A DNA stretch of 64,000 nt from IMG/VR virus record IMGVR_UViG_3300044733_003647, positions 32,001-96,000 of that record. One strand, 5' to 3'. A program made the translations under genes and the position numbers. The DNA is from a virus. A model generated the notes under the pieces. That model was not told the DNA's origin and did not search any database. It worked only from the letters and a program-made list of their open reading frames with translations. Each line of letters starts with the position of its first letter. Position 1 is the stretch's first letter. Positions 46,191 through 56,500 of this stretch are shown here, piece by piece.

Positions 46191-49100
46191 ATGTCAAACA
46201 CATCAATACAGTTAAAAAAATCAGGCGCAACAGGTAACACACCAACAGGTTTATCCTTTGGTGAGGTTGCCATTAACTACGCCGATGGTAAACTATATTA
46301 TAAGAATTCATTGGGTGGAACATCTTACATTTCCAACCAGTTTTCATTCGACACCATCAATGCAAATAACTCACTGATACTTGCTACTGGTGTTTCAGAT
46401 ACTCTTTCTTTTGTTGCTGGTGATAACATCAGTATCAATACAAATACTGCAACAAAAACAATTGTTATTTCGGCCACATCTGGTGGTTCAACTTCAGGTG
46501 GAATATATGCTAACGGTGCATTTGCACAGGCAAATGCTGCTTACACACACGCCAATGCAGCATTCAATGCAGCAAACACTGGTGGATCTTCAACAGATTC
46601 TGTAGCAAGAACTACTGCAAATGCTGCTTACACACACGCCAATGCAGCATTCAATGCAGCAAACACTGGTGGTTCTTCAACAGATTCTGTAGCAAGAACT
46701 ACTGCAAATGCTGCTTTCGTTCAGGCAAATGCTGCTTACGCTTCTCAAAATACTACCGGATCATACGCAAACTCAGCATATACACAAGCCAATACTGCCA
46801 CAACCAATGCATCAACAGCAGACTCCAAAGCAGTAACAGCTGGATCATACGCAAACTCAGCATATACACAAGCAAATACCGCAACCAATAATGCGGCTGG
46901 TGCTTCTTTATATGCTAACGGAGCATTCATACAAGCCAATGCGGCTTTCAATAGAGCAAATTCTGTATTAGGTGGTTTCAGAGCCAACACTTTAATTGTT
47001 GCAAATGGTACTGGTTTCCTATCTAACTCAAATGCTGAGTTTAGTTTATCAAACAATACTTTGTATGTTCCAAATGCAAACATATCAAATGAAATAGTTG
47101 CAAACTCACTTATCTTCTATGATGGTACAAGATTAAATAGTGCAACTGGTATAAATGCGAATACAGCAAATAGTGCTGCAACAGCAAACGTGTCCATATT
47201 CGCAAGAGTAACAAACGTAACAACAGGAACTTATTTCCCAATTGTTACGGACACAACAATTACAGGTGCCGACACATTCCATTATTCAAGTGGTGACTTC
47301 TTAATGTATGCTGCGAATAATACATTCAGAGCCACTGGTAACGTTTGGGCTGGAGAATTTCTTGCTGTTGGTTCAAATATACCCGTTGTCAATTCGACTG
47401 GTCATTGGGTTGGTCAAACCATATCGGCTGGTTCAGCTGGAAGTGCTAATACAGCTAATGTTGCAATCAATGCAAGAATCACTAATGTAACAACAGGTAC
47501 TTATTTCCCCATTGTTACCGACACAACAATTACCGGCAGCGATACATTACACTATTCTAGCAATGATTTCTTAATGTATGCTGCGAATAATACATTCAGA
47601 GCCACTGGTAACGTTTGGGCTGGAGAATTTCTTGCTGTTGGCACAAATATTCCGGTTGTCAATTCTACTGGTCATTGGGTTGGTCAGACAGTAAACGGAA
47701 TAGATTCATTTGCGAGAACGACAGCAAACGCAGCACTACCTACAACTGGTGGTACAGTAACTGGTAACCTAACATTGTCCACAACATCGACAATGATTAT
47801 ACAAAACACCAGACCAACCACATCAAACAGCACAGGTGCATTAATTGTTAGGGGTGGTGTAGGTATAGCGGGCAACTTGTTTGTTGGTGGCATATTCACT
47901 GTAGACGGCGATTTTCAGGTTGGTAACACAACAAGTACCGGTAACGTTTTCAACTCTGGTTTTGTAACGTTCTCTCAACCAACACTGTTCACATCAAACG
48001 CAGCAACAACGTCAAATACAACTGGTGCAATAATTTCAACTGGTGGTATCGCCACTAGAGGAAACTTATTTTCTGGTGCAATCAGAATCACAGGACCATC
48101 ATCAAACGGATTAACTTTTGCTGATGGTACAGTACAATACACTGCGAATGCTCCATCTTCTTCTATAGCAAACGGAAGTAGCAATATTGTCATTCCAACA
48201 GCAAATGGAAATATAATAGCCAATGTTAGTGGAAACACAATTGTCACCATAACAGCTAATGGATTCTCAACATCTGGTGCAAATGGTGATATCAGTGGTG
48301 CAAATAATATTTTTTCTAATTTTATCAATGTTACATCAGCTTCAATTGTATCCGGTGTTAATGTAGTACCATTCATTCAAAGTGCATTCAACAGAGCAAA
48401 CAATTCATTGAATGCAAATACTGGTGGTAGAGTTACTGGAAATACCGTTATAAGCAACGTTGATATGGCTAACGCCATTTATAGTAACGTATCATTCTCT
48501 GTCGCAACACAAGAAGATGCACCTTCAGCCATGTCTATTAGTGCTGATGGTAAGAAAATGTTTGTGATGGGTACGACAGGCGATGATGTAAACGAATACG
48601 ACTTAACTACTCCATGGTTGGTTTCTTCAGCAACATTTGTCAGAGTATTTTCTGTTGCTTCACAAGAAAATTTTCCAACAGGTTTATTTTTCCGACCAGA
48701 TGGTCTTAAATTCTATGTTGTTGGACAAACCAATGACACCGTTTACCAATATGCGTTGACGACACCTTGGGATTTATCGACAGCTTCTTACGAAAGTAAA
48801 TCGTTCTCCGTTTCTAGTCAAGATAATAATCCAACAGGTATATTCTTTAGACCTAATGGTTTGTCAATGTATGTGACAGGATCTTCAACAGACTCTGTTC
48901 ATCAGTATACTTTATCAACAGCTTGGGATGTTTCAACAGCCACATTCCTGCAATCTTTTAGTGTTGCCTCTGAAGAAACAGTACCACAAGATTTGTCTTT
49001 TGCTAACGATGGTTCCCGAATGTTTGTTATGGGCAACATCGGTGATGATGTTAACATATACAATCTATCAACTTCGTGGAATGTTAGTACCGCCGTATTC

Positions 49101-50075
49101 TCAACAACATTCAGTGTTGCTGCACAAGATGATGCACCAATAGGTATGTTCATTGAAGTGGACGGAAGTAGATTTTACATGCTTGGTTCAAGCAATGATA
49201 CCGTCTATCAGTACAGACTTCCGATGGCAACGATTGAATTGACAGGAAACACATTTATAAATGGCGACATTAATGTTTTACAAAATTTAAATGTTGATGG
49301 ATCAGCCACATTCCGCAATGAAATTATTTCGAATAATGTAATATCAAGCAACATTTATGTTTCTGGGTATAATGTATTTACCTATATTACGAATGCTTAC
49401 ATACAAGCCAATGCTGCATTTGCTGCAGCTAATGCTGGTGGAGCCGGCACAGACCAATTTGCTAGAAACACAGCTAATGCAGCCTTCATACAAGCTAATG
49501 CCGCTTTCGCAGTGGCGAATACTGGCGGCGGTGGTGGCGGTCCAGGAACAGATAACGTAGCTAGACAAACGGCTAATGCAGCCTTCATACAAGCCAATGC
49601 TGCATTTGCTGCAGCTAACGCAGGAGGATCAGGCACAGATCAATACGCAAGAGACACAGCAAATGCTGCATTGATTGCAGTTAGTAATAACGCAGTGAAT
49701 TTGTTAGTTTATAGTAATTTCTTTATTGCAAATGGTAATACATCAACATTTAGTGTCACAACAAATCCTGAAAGTAAAGAATACACAGTAGTAAACATAG
49801 ATGGTGTTATTCAATTAAAGAATACATATTCATTAAGTGGAAACACAATTATTTTATCGGAAAATGTTGCAGCAAATGCAAATGTTGAAATAACAGTTTC
49901 TGGTGGAGGCGGCGGTGGTAATACTACTGTAGGTTTCGTTACTCAAAATAAAACTGTTATAGATAGTAATGTAACAATAGGTGCTGGTTTCAGTGCAGTC
50001 AGTGTTGGTCCATTATCTATAGCAAACAATGTCGTTATAAACATAGCTGCTGGACAAAAATGGGTAATTTTATAA
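46191..50075 (+). CDS. Mosaic fibre protein with a beta-propeller-like domain
   Basis: 1294 aa with a GEVAINYADGKLYY N-module, ANAAF repeats, a duplicated segment of about 90 aa, and about 5 repeats of FSV..Q...P.G..F..DG...YV.G...D.V.QY.L.T.W. Confidence 0.7.
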   Translation: MSNTSIQLKKSGATGNTPTGLSFGEVAINYADGKLYYKNSLGGTSYISNQFSFDTINANNSLILATGVSDTLSFVAGDNISINTNTATKTIVISATSGGSTSGGIYANGAFAQANAAYTHANAAFNAANTGGSSTDSVARTTANAAYTHANAAFNAANTGGSSTDSVARTTANAAFVQANAAYASQNTTGSYANSAYTQANTATTNASTADSKAVTAGSYANSAYTQANTATNNAAGASLYANGAFIQANAAFNRANSVLGGFRANTLIVANGTGFLSNSNAEFSLSNNTLYVPNANISNEIVANSLIFYDGTRLNSATGINANTANSAATANVSIFARVTNVTTGTYFPIVTDTTITGADTFHYSSGDFLMYAANNTFRATGNVWAGEFLAVGSNIPVVNSTGHWVGQTISAGSAGSANTANVAINARITNVTTGTYFPIVTDTTITGSDTLHYSSNDFLMYAANNTFRATGNVWAGEFLAVGTNIPVVNSTGHWVGQTVNGIDSFARTTANAALPTTGGTVTGNLTLSTTSTMIIQNTRPTTSNSTGALIVRGGVGIAGNLFVGGIFTVDGDFQVGNTTSTGNVFNSGFVTFSQPTLFTSNAATTSNTTGAIISTGGIATRGNLFSGAIRITGPSSNGLTFADGTVQYTANAPSSSIANGSSNIVIPTANGNIIANVSGNTIVTITANGFSTSGANGDISGANNIFSNFINVTSASIVSGVNVVPFIQSAFNRANNSLNANTGGRVTGNTVISNVDMANAIYSNVSFSVATQEDAPSAMSISADGKKMFVMGTTGDDVNEYDLTTPWLVSSATFVRVFSVASQENFPTGLFFRPDGLKFYVVGQTNDTVYQYALTTPWDLSTASYESKSFSVSSQDNNPTGIFFRPNGLSMYVTGSSTDSVHQYTLSTAWDVSTATFLQSFSVASEETVPQDLSFANDGSRMFVMGNIGDDVNIYNLSTSWNVSTAVFSTTFSVAAQDDAPIGMFIEVDGSRFYMLGSSNDTVYQYRLPMATIELTGNTFINGDINVLQNLNVDGSATFRNEIISNNVISSNIYVSGYNVFTYITNAYIQANAAFAAANAGGAGTDQFARNTANAAFIQANAAFAVANTGGGGGGPGTDNVARQTANAAFIQANAAFAAANAGGSGTDQYARDTANAALIAVSNNAVNLLVYSNFFIANGNTSTFSVTTNPESKEYTVVNIDGVIQLKNTYSLSGNTIILSENVAANANVEITVSGGGGGGNTTVGFVTQNKTVIDSNVTIGAGFSAVSVGPLSIANNVVINIAAGQKWVIL

Positions 50076-50104
50076 AATTTGATATTGACAAAAACGGATA
50101 AAAA

Positions 50105-50743
50105 ATGCCAAGTATTATTAACGCATCAACTTCATCAACAGGTCTTTTACAATCGGCAGATGCCAGTGGCATTCTACAGTTACAGAGTAATGGCACAACA
50201 GGATTAACTGTGAATGCTAATGCAAATGTAACAATAAGCAACAGTTTATTTGTGAGCGGAAATGAAGTTCAACCATTGGTTTCTGGAACATCACAAACTA
50301 CAACTAGTGGAACTAGCATAGATTTCACTAGCATACCAAGTTGGGTAAGAAGAATTACAGTGATGTTTAATGGGGTAAGCACAAATGGAACTAGCATAAT
50401 TCAAATTCAAGTTGGATCTGGATCCTTTGTTACATCTGGTTACTTTGCAAATTATGGTGCAATTAATTTGGGTACCGGACAAGCAAACATTACAACAGGA
50501 ATTCCTGTATATGCGGGTGCATCAGCAGCTTCTGTATCCACCGGACACATTATACTCACTTTAATTGGATCAAATACTTGGATTGCATCTGGAGTTGTGT
50601 TATACACAAATAATGCTGGAGCTATGTATATGATTGCTGGTAATACCCCTTCGCTTGCCGGTGCGCTCGACAGAGTAAGATTAACCACAGTAAACGGCAC
50701 TGACACTTTTGACGCTGGCTCAGTTAACATATTATACGAATAA
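50105..50743 (+). CDS. Fibre-tip-like protein (paralog A)
   Basis: Shares SGTSI.FT.IP.WV.RIT.M..GVST and LDRVRLTTVNGTDTFDAGSVNILYE with the next gene. Confidence 0.65.
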   Translation: MPSIINASTSSTGLLQSADASGILQLQSNGTTGLTVNANANVTISNSLFVSGNEVQPLVSGTSQTTTSGTSIDFTSIPSWVRRITVMFNGVSTNGTSIIQIQVGSGSFVTSGYFANYGAINLGTGQANITTGIPVYAGASAASVSTGHIILTLIGSNTWIASGVVLYTNNAGAMYMIAGNTPSLAGALDRVRLTTVNGTDTFDAGSVNILYE

Positions 50744-50755
50744 CAGGAACAAATA

Positions 50756-51343
50756 ATGCCATACGGAACATTAGCACTAGACGCAATAGAAAGTTCTGGT
50801 AATTTAAGTATTACTGGTAATGTTACAACTACGGGCACAATTACTAGTTCTACAGGTGTTACTTATCCTTTAGTGGCAAATACAGCTAAGACCACAACCA
50901 GTGGCACCAGTATAAATTTCACTGATATTCCAGATTGGGTGAAAAGAATTACACTTATGTATAGCGGCGTTAGCACTAGCGGTACTAGTAATTGGTTAAT
51001 ACAGCTCGGAGATTCAGGCGGAGTTGAAAACACTGGCTATTTGGGGGTTGGAACTTTTCTTGGAGCTACAACTAGCGGTACAAACTACACGGCTGGATTT
51101 GGATTCTCAATTGGCGGTGCTGGTCATATATTGCATGGGTCAGCTGTTCTTACTTTGCTTTCTAGTTCAACAAACTCTTGGACTTGTATGGGTAGTTTAG
51201 GTGGAACTGGTACCGCCGCCGGATTTATATACTCAACTGCTGGTGCCAAATCACTAAGTGGAACTTTAGATAGAGTTAGACTAACCACAGTAAACGGTAC
51301 AGATACTTTCGACGCTGGCTCAGTTAATATTTTGTATGAGTAA
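50756..51343 (+). CDS. Fibre-tip-like protein (paralog B)
   Basis: Its C-terminal 25 aa are identical to those of the upstream paralog. Confidence 0.65.
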   Translation: MPYGTLALDAIESSGNLSITGNVTTTGTITSSTGVTYPLVANTAKTTTSGTSINFTDIPDWVKRITLMYSGVSTSGTSNWLIQLGDSGGVENTGYLGVGTFLGATTSGTNYTAGFGFSIGGAGHILHGSAVLTLLSSSTNSWTCMGSLGGTGTAAGFIYSTAGAKSLSGTLDRVRLTTVNGTDTFDAGSVNILYE

Positions 51344-51349
51344 ACAATT

Positions 51350-52363
51350 ATGGCAATAACATTAGACGGATCCTCTGGATTAGTATTACCATCTTGGGCT
51401 ACTGCTGGTCGCCCGAGTAATCCTCAAAATGGTCAAATGGGATTGAATACAACATTGGGGTATATAGAGTGGTACAATCAAGCTTATGGATCATGGCAGG
51501 GAATTTTTCAGGGTCTCAATTATGCTATAAATTATCTAGTTGTCGCAGGCGGCGGTGCTGGAGGTGGTGCTGGTTCCACTTGGGCATCGGCAGGCGGCGG
51601 CGGCGCCGGCGGTTATCGTACTGGAACACTTGGTGTAACTAGTCAAACTAATTATACCATTGTAGTTGGAGCTGGTGGCACATCTACATCAGTATATGGT
51701 GGAGGCACAGCTGGCAGTAATTCTTCATTAACAACAGACATAGTTTCAGCTGGCGGCGGCGGAGGTAGTGGTTTTAATGGTGCTGGAAGTACCGGTGGAT
51801 CTGGTGGCGGTGGCGGTGGATATACAAGTGCTCCAGGCACAAGTACGGGATATACCGGTAATATTCCAGTAACATCACCATCACAAGGTAACAATGGTGG
51901 AAATGGGTCTGGTGGAAATGGGTCTGGATCATCTGCCGGTGGTGGTGGCGGTGGATCTGGCGCAGTAGGTTCAAATTCAGCTAGCACCAGCGTAGGTGGT
52001 GCTGGTGGAGCCGGTACAGCTTCAACAATCACTGGATCATCTGTAACCTATGCTGCAGGCGGAGGCGGTGGAGCAGGTGGAACTGGTGGAGCAGGTGGAT
52101 CATCTATAGGGGGTGCCGGCGGATCTGGTAATAGTAACGGAAGTGCATCACCTGCTCCAAATACTGGTAGCGGTGGCGGAGGAGGTGGCGGCGGTGCCAG
52201 TGGTGGTGGAACATTGGGCGGATCTGGTAGTTCAGGTATTGTAATTGTTTCGTATGCTAGTACAGCTCAAAGAGGTACTGGAGGAATAGTTTCAACATAT
52301 GTGTCTGCTAATACTACCTATTGGGTACACACTTTTACCTCATCTGGAACATATACAGCATAA
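51350..52363 (+). CDS. Glycine-rich virion protein
   Basis: YLVVAGGGAGG...GGGGAGG, Y.IVVGAGG, GGSG.SGIVIV.Y and HTFTSSGT. Confidence 0.7.
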   Translation: MAITLDGSSGLVLPSWATAGRPSNPQNGQMGLNTTLGYIEWYNQAYGSWQGIFQGLNYAINYLVVAGGGAGGGAGSTWASAGGGGAGGYRTGTLGVTSQTNYTIVVGAGGTSTSVYGGGTAGSNSSLTTDIVSAGGGGGSGFNGAGSTGGSGGGGGGYTSAPGTSTGYTGNIPVTSPSQGNNGGNGSGGNGSGSSAGGGGGGSGAVGSNSASTSVGGAGGAGTASTITGSSVTYAAGGGGGAGGTGGAGGSSIGGAGGSGNSNGSASPAPNTGSGGGGGGGGASGGGTLGGSGSSGIVIVSYASTAQRGTGGIVSTYVSANTTYWVHTFTSSGTYTA

Positions 52364-52373
52364 ACGAAATAAA

Positions 52374-53162
52374 ATGGGAATTAATATAGGCCGAGGAATT
52401 AATGTTGGTGGTGGATTAACATTTGGTTATTCTCCGTCACCCATTTCAGTTGAATATTTAATTGTTGCTGGTGCCGGTGGCGGCGGCGGCCGTGGAGTTA
52501 ATGTAGGAGGCGGTGGCGGCGGAGCCGGTGGTTTATTAACTGGTATGGATTTTTTTAATTTCGATCAATCTTACGCAATTATTGTTGGTGCTGGCGGCGC
52601 CGGTGCGGCGTTCAACACTAACGGAACTTCTGGGCAAAACTCATCATTTAACACAGTATCGGCAATTGGTGGTGGATTTGGTGCAATATTTGGACCCGCA
52701 GGAAACGGCGGAAGTGGAGGTGGTGTTAGTGGTGCAAATCAAACCGCTGGTTCAGGCACCGCTGGCCAAGGAAATAACGGTTCTATAGGAGCAGGCACGA
52801 TTGGAGTAACACCCTGTACCGGCGGTGGAGGAGGAGGTGCGGGTTCTGCGGCTAGCGGCCGCATTGGAGGTACAGGTTTAACAAATAGTATATCTGGATC
52901 TTCAGTAACATATGCAGTCGGCGGCGATGGTGGTAACACAGGAGGAGCAGGTAATACTTCAGGAGCTTCCAATACAGGCAATGCTGGTCGTGGATCGGAC
53001 GGCGATGCATCTTTATCGGGTAGCGGTGGATCCGGCATCGTAATTATAAGATATTCTGATACATTGCCAGCAGCTAAGAGCACAACCGGTAGCCCCACAA
53101 TTTCTGTGTCGGGTGGATATAGAATATATACTTTTACAGGATCAGGTAGTATTACATTTTAA
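52374..53162 (+). CDS. Glycine-rich virion protein (paralog)
   Basis: VEYLIVAGAGGGG, GGSGIVIIRY and YTFTGSGSITF; start set at ATG 52374. Confidence 0.7.
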   Translation: MGINIGRGINVGGGLTFGYSPSPISVEYLIVAGAGGGGGRGVNVGGGGGGAGGLLTGMDFFNFDQSYAIIVGAGGAGAAFNTNGTSGQNSSFNTVSAIGGGFGAIFGPAGNGGSGGGVSGANQTAGSGTAGQGNNGSIGAGTIGVTPCTGGGGGGAGSAASGRIGGTGLTNSISGSSVTYAVGGDGGNTGGAGNTSGASNTGNAGRGSDGDASLSGSGGSGIVIIRYSDTLPAAKSTTGSPTISVSGGYRIYTFTGSGSITF

Positions 53163-53173
53163 GAGGTTAAAAA

Positions 53174-53551
53174 ATGGCACATTTTGCACAATTGGATGAA
53201 AATAATATTGTCACACAAGTAATCGTAGTAAACAACCAAGAATTATTGGATGAGAGCAATGTCGAGCAAGAAGAAAAAGGTATTGTTTTTTGCCAATCAC
53301 TTTTGGGTGGTAATTGGAAACAAACAAGTTACAATGCAAACATAAGAAAAAATTATGCAGGTGTAGGTTACACATATGATGTTGAAAGAGATGCTTTTAT
53401 TCCACCAAAACCATATGCATATGCATCTTGGATTTTGAATGAAGATACATGCAGATGGGAAGCACCAATTGCTTATCCAGAAGATGGCAAAGCATACACA
53501 TGGAACGAAGAAACTGTTTCTTGGCAAGAAGTGATTCTAGATTTAGAATAA
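53174..53551 (+). CDS. Conserved fibre-associated small protein
   Basis: MAHFAQLDENN.V.QVIVV, WKQTSYN..IRKNYAG.GY.YD..RDAFIPPKP..SW.L.E..C.W.AP. Confidence 0.65.
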   Translation: MAHFAQLDENNIVTQVIVVNNQELLDESNVEQEEKGIVFCQSLLGGNWKQTSYNANIRKNYAGVGYTYDVERDAFIPPKPYAYASWILNEDTCRWEAPIAYPEDGKAYTWNEETVSWQEVILDLE

Positions 53552-53578
53552 ATACTTTATTTAAAAGACATTTAAAAC

Positions 53579-56500
53579 ATGCCACTAACTAGAATTCAAC
53601 CGCAAGGTTTAGATAGCACTGGAACTTATACATTCAATGGTATTATAGCAAACACTGCTATTGTTGCTGGTAATGATATCTCTTCTGGTGGCGGACCTAA
53701 AATAACAAATATACAGGTAACCGATAGTTCATACAATGTATTGGATGATACATCTGTAAGTACATCTGGTGGTTACATTAAAATTACAGGCACAGGCTTT
53801 GCATCTGGTTGTCAAGTATTAATTAATAATACTCCAGTAACATCAGTAACTTTTGTAAGTGCGACAGAAGTTAGGGCACAAGTTCCTGCAACCTCGGCCG
53901 GAACATATGTTGTTTATTTGGTAAACAGCGATGGTGGCGTAGCAATACGGGTTAATGGTATTACATTTAGTGGCACACCTAATTGGGTAACATCAAGCAC
54001 ACTTCCAAATAGTGATCCGTTAGTATCCATTCAATTGAGTGCAACAAGTGATAGTGCAGTTGTATATTCATTGGCCGCAGGCAGCACTTTACCTACTGGT
54101 ATAACACTTTCAAGTGGTGGTTTGTTGAGTGGAACTGTAACAGGAACAGATCAAACAACTTATAATTTTACTATAAATGCAATTGACGCAGAGTTGCAAG
54201 ATAGCCCAAGAACATTTAGCATAACGATAACTTTTAGTGATTTAAACTTTCCTTATGTAACTACTTTGATTAGTGCAAACACTGCAACTTTGCCATACGA
54301 CAGTGATGCCAGTAATAATAATTTTGCAATAACACCAAATGGTGATGTTAGACCGAACGGCTTTAATCCATATACACCTGGCTACTATAGTAATTATTTT
54401 GATGGTACTGGTGATTATTTGACTGTTCCGAGTACATCAAGTTTATCTATGGGCACTGGTGATTTTTGTATTGAAATGTGGATTTACCCAACCGCATTGT
54501 CCGCTACATCACAAGTACTGTATGCAAATTTTTCTGCTGGCACCACTCAAATGGGTGTTTTTATTAGAAACACAAGCACCATTCGTTTTTCAAGTTGGGA
54601 TACTGCGTATTTGGATAGTGCTTCCGGAAGTATTGTAAATAATATATGGCATCATATTGTTGTTTGCAGGGCTACGACTACTACATCATTGTTTATAAAT
54701 GGTGTTAGGGCTGCAACTGCGACAGGTGCTTCAAATGATTTTTCATCCAGTTCTGCTTTTTCAATTGGTCGTAATCCAAATAATACTGAATTTTTTCCCG
54801 GTTACATATCTAATCTTCGGGTTATAAAAGGCAGCGCTCTATATAACCCTTCTAGCACTACAATTACAGTCCCGACGACACCATTGACTGCTATAGCCAA
54901 CACCAGCTTACTAACCTGCCAAAGTAATGGATTTATTGACAACAGCACAAACGCATTTACTATCACACGCAATGGTGACACACTGGTATCAGGATTTGAT
55001 CCGTTTGTACCCGACACCAGCTACGGTACCTATGGAAGCACTTACTTTGATGGCACTGGTGATTATCTAGCACCCGCAACTAATTCTGCTTTCGCATTTG
55101 GCACAGGCGATTTTACTTTTGAATGCTGGATTTATGCTACTACTGCTAATGATTCTCCAATTTATGAGAGCCGTTCAACAAACTCAACCACAGATGGATT
55201 TACTGTAACGGCATTTTCTTCAACTGTAATTAGAGTTTATACAACAGCAGTACTTGTTTCTGCTACCGTTTCTAACTATGTAAATACATGGACACATGTC
55301 GCATTTACACGACAGGGTAGCACCAACCGTTTATTTGTAAATGGTGTACTTGGTGCAACGGCAACAGCCGCTGACAACTTTAGTAATACTACTGCATTCA
55401 TTGGTGCAGGACGATACGCAAGTAGTAGTTTATCTGCTTACTTTACAGGATACATCTCTGATGCTAGGATAGTAAAAGGTACAGCAGTCTATACCTCAGC
55501 GTTTACTCCACCTACAACACCATTAACCGCAATAGCCAACACAAGTTTGTTGACCTGCCAAACCAATCAACCCGATAATAACAATATATTATTAGATTCC
55601 AGCACCAACAACTTCTTAATTACAAGAAACGGTAATACCACACAAGGCACATTTAGCCCATATGGTCCGTTATGGAGTAACTACTTTGATGGTACTGGTG
55701 ATTATTTAACAATTCCTTACAGTGCATCTATGGTTCAGTGGTGGGACACTGATTACACCATTGAAATGTGGGTGTATAATGTTACCAACTCACAAACATC
55801 TAATGGCTTTCCCCTTCAAGTTGCTTACGGACTCCCTGCCCAAGCTGATACTTATTGGTCATTCGGTACTCTTACTAATGGTACACTAATGTTCTATTAT
55901 TATAACGGAGGCGCAGTAACATCAGCAGTTAGTAGTGCTACAGTGCCTTTGAATACTTGGACGCATGTTGCGATGGTTTATACTAATTCAAGCACGACTC
56001 TTAAAGGTTACATTAACGGAGTTCAAGCATTTTCAGTATCAAAATCCGGCACGCCTCAGGGTCCTTCGGGGCAGACTGTAAACTTGGGGGCAGTACAATC
56101 TACAGGATACAATGGTTATATTTCAAATCTTCGTATAGTAAGAGGTACGGCAGTATATACCTCAGCATTTACTCCAAGTACTTCACCACTAACTGCCATA
56201 GCCAATACCAGTTTACTAACTTGCACAGATAATAGATTCGTAGACGATAGCCCAAACAATTTTACCATCACCCGTAACGGCGATGTTAGTGTACAAAGAT
56301 TTAGTCCTTTTAGTCCACAGACAGTCACTACTTTTTATAGTGGTTATTTTGATGGTACTGGAGATTGGCTAGTTACAACAACATCTCCTGCAACATTGTC
56401 TGGAAGTTTTACTATAGAAGGATGGGTTTATATAACATCTTTAGCAGCTGGCAGAAGCCTAGTGTGTGTAGGCGACGACAATACTTCAACTGGCGCCTTG

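Noticed and set aside
50660-51343. Repeated 3' ends of two paralogs and Mtd-like N-termini, as a possible diversity-generating retroelement
   Set aside because: Differences between the copies are synonymous and not adenine-specific, both copies are coding, and no reverse transcriptase is present in the window.
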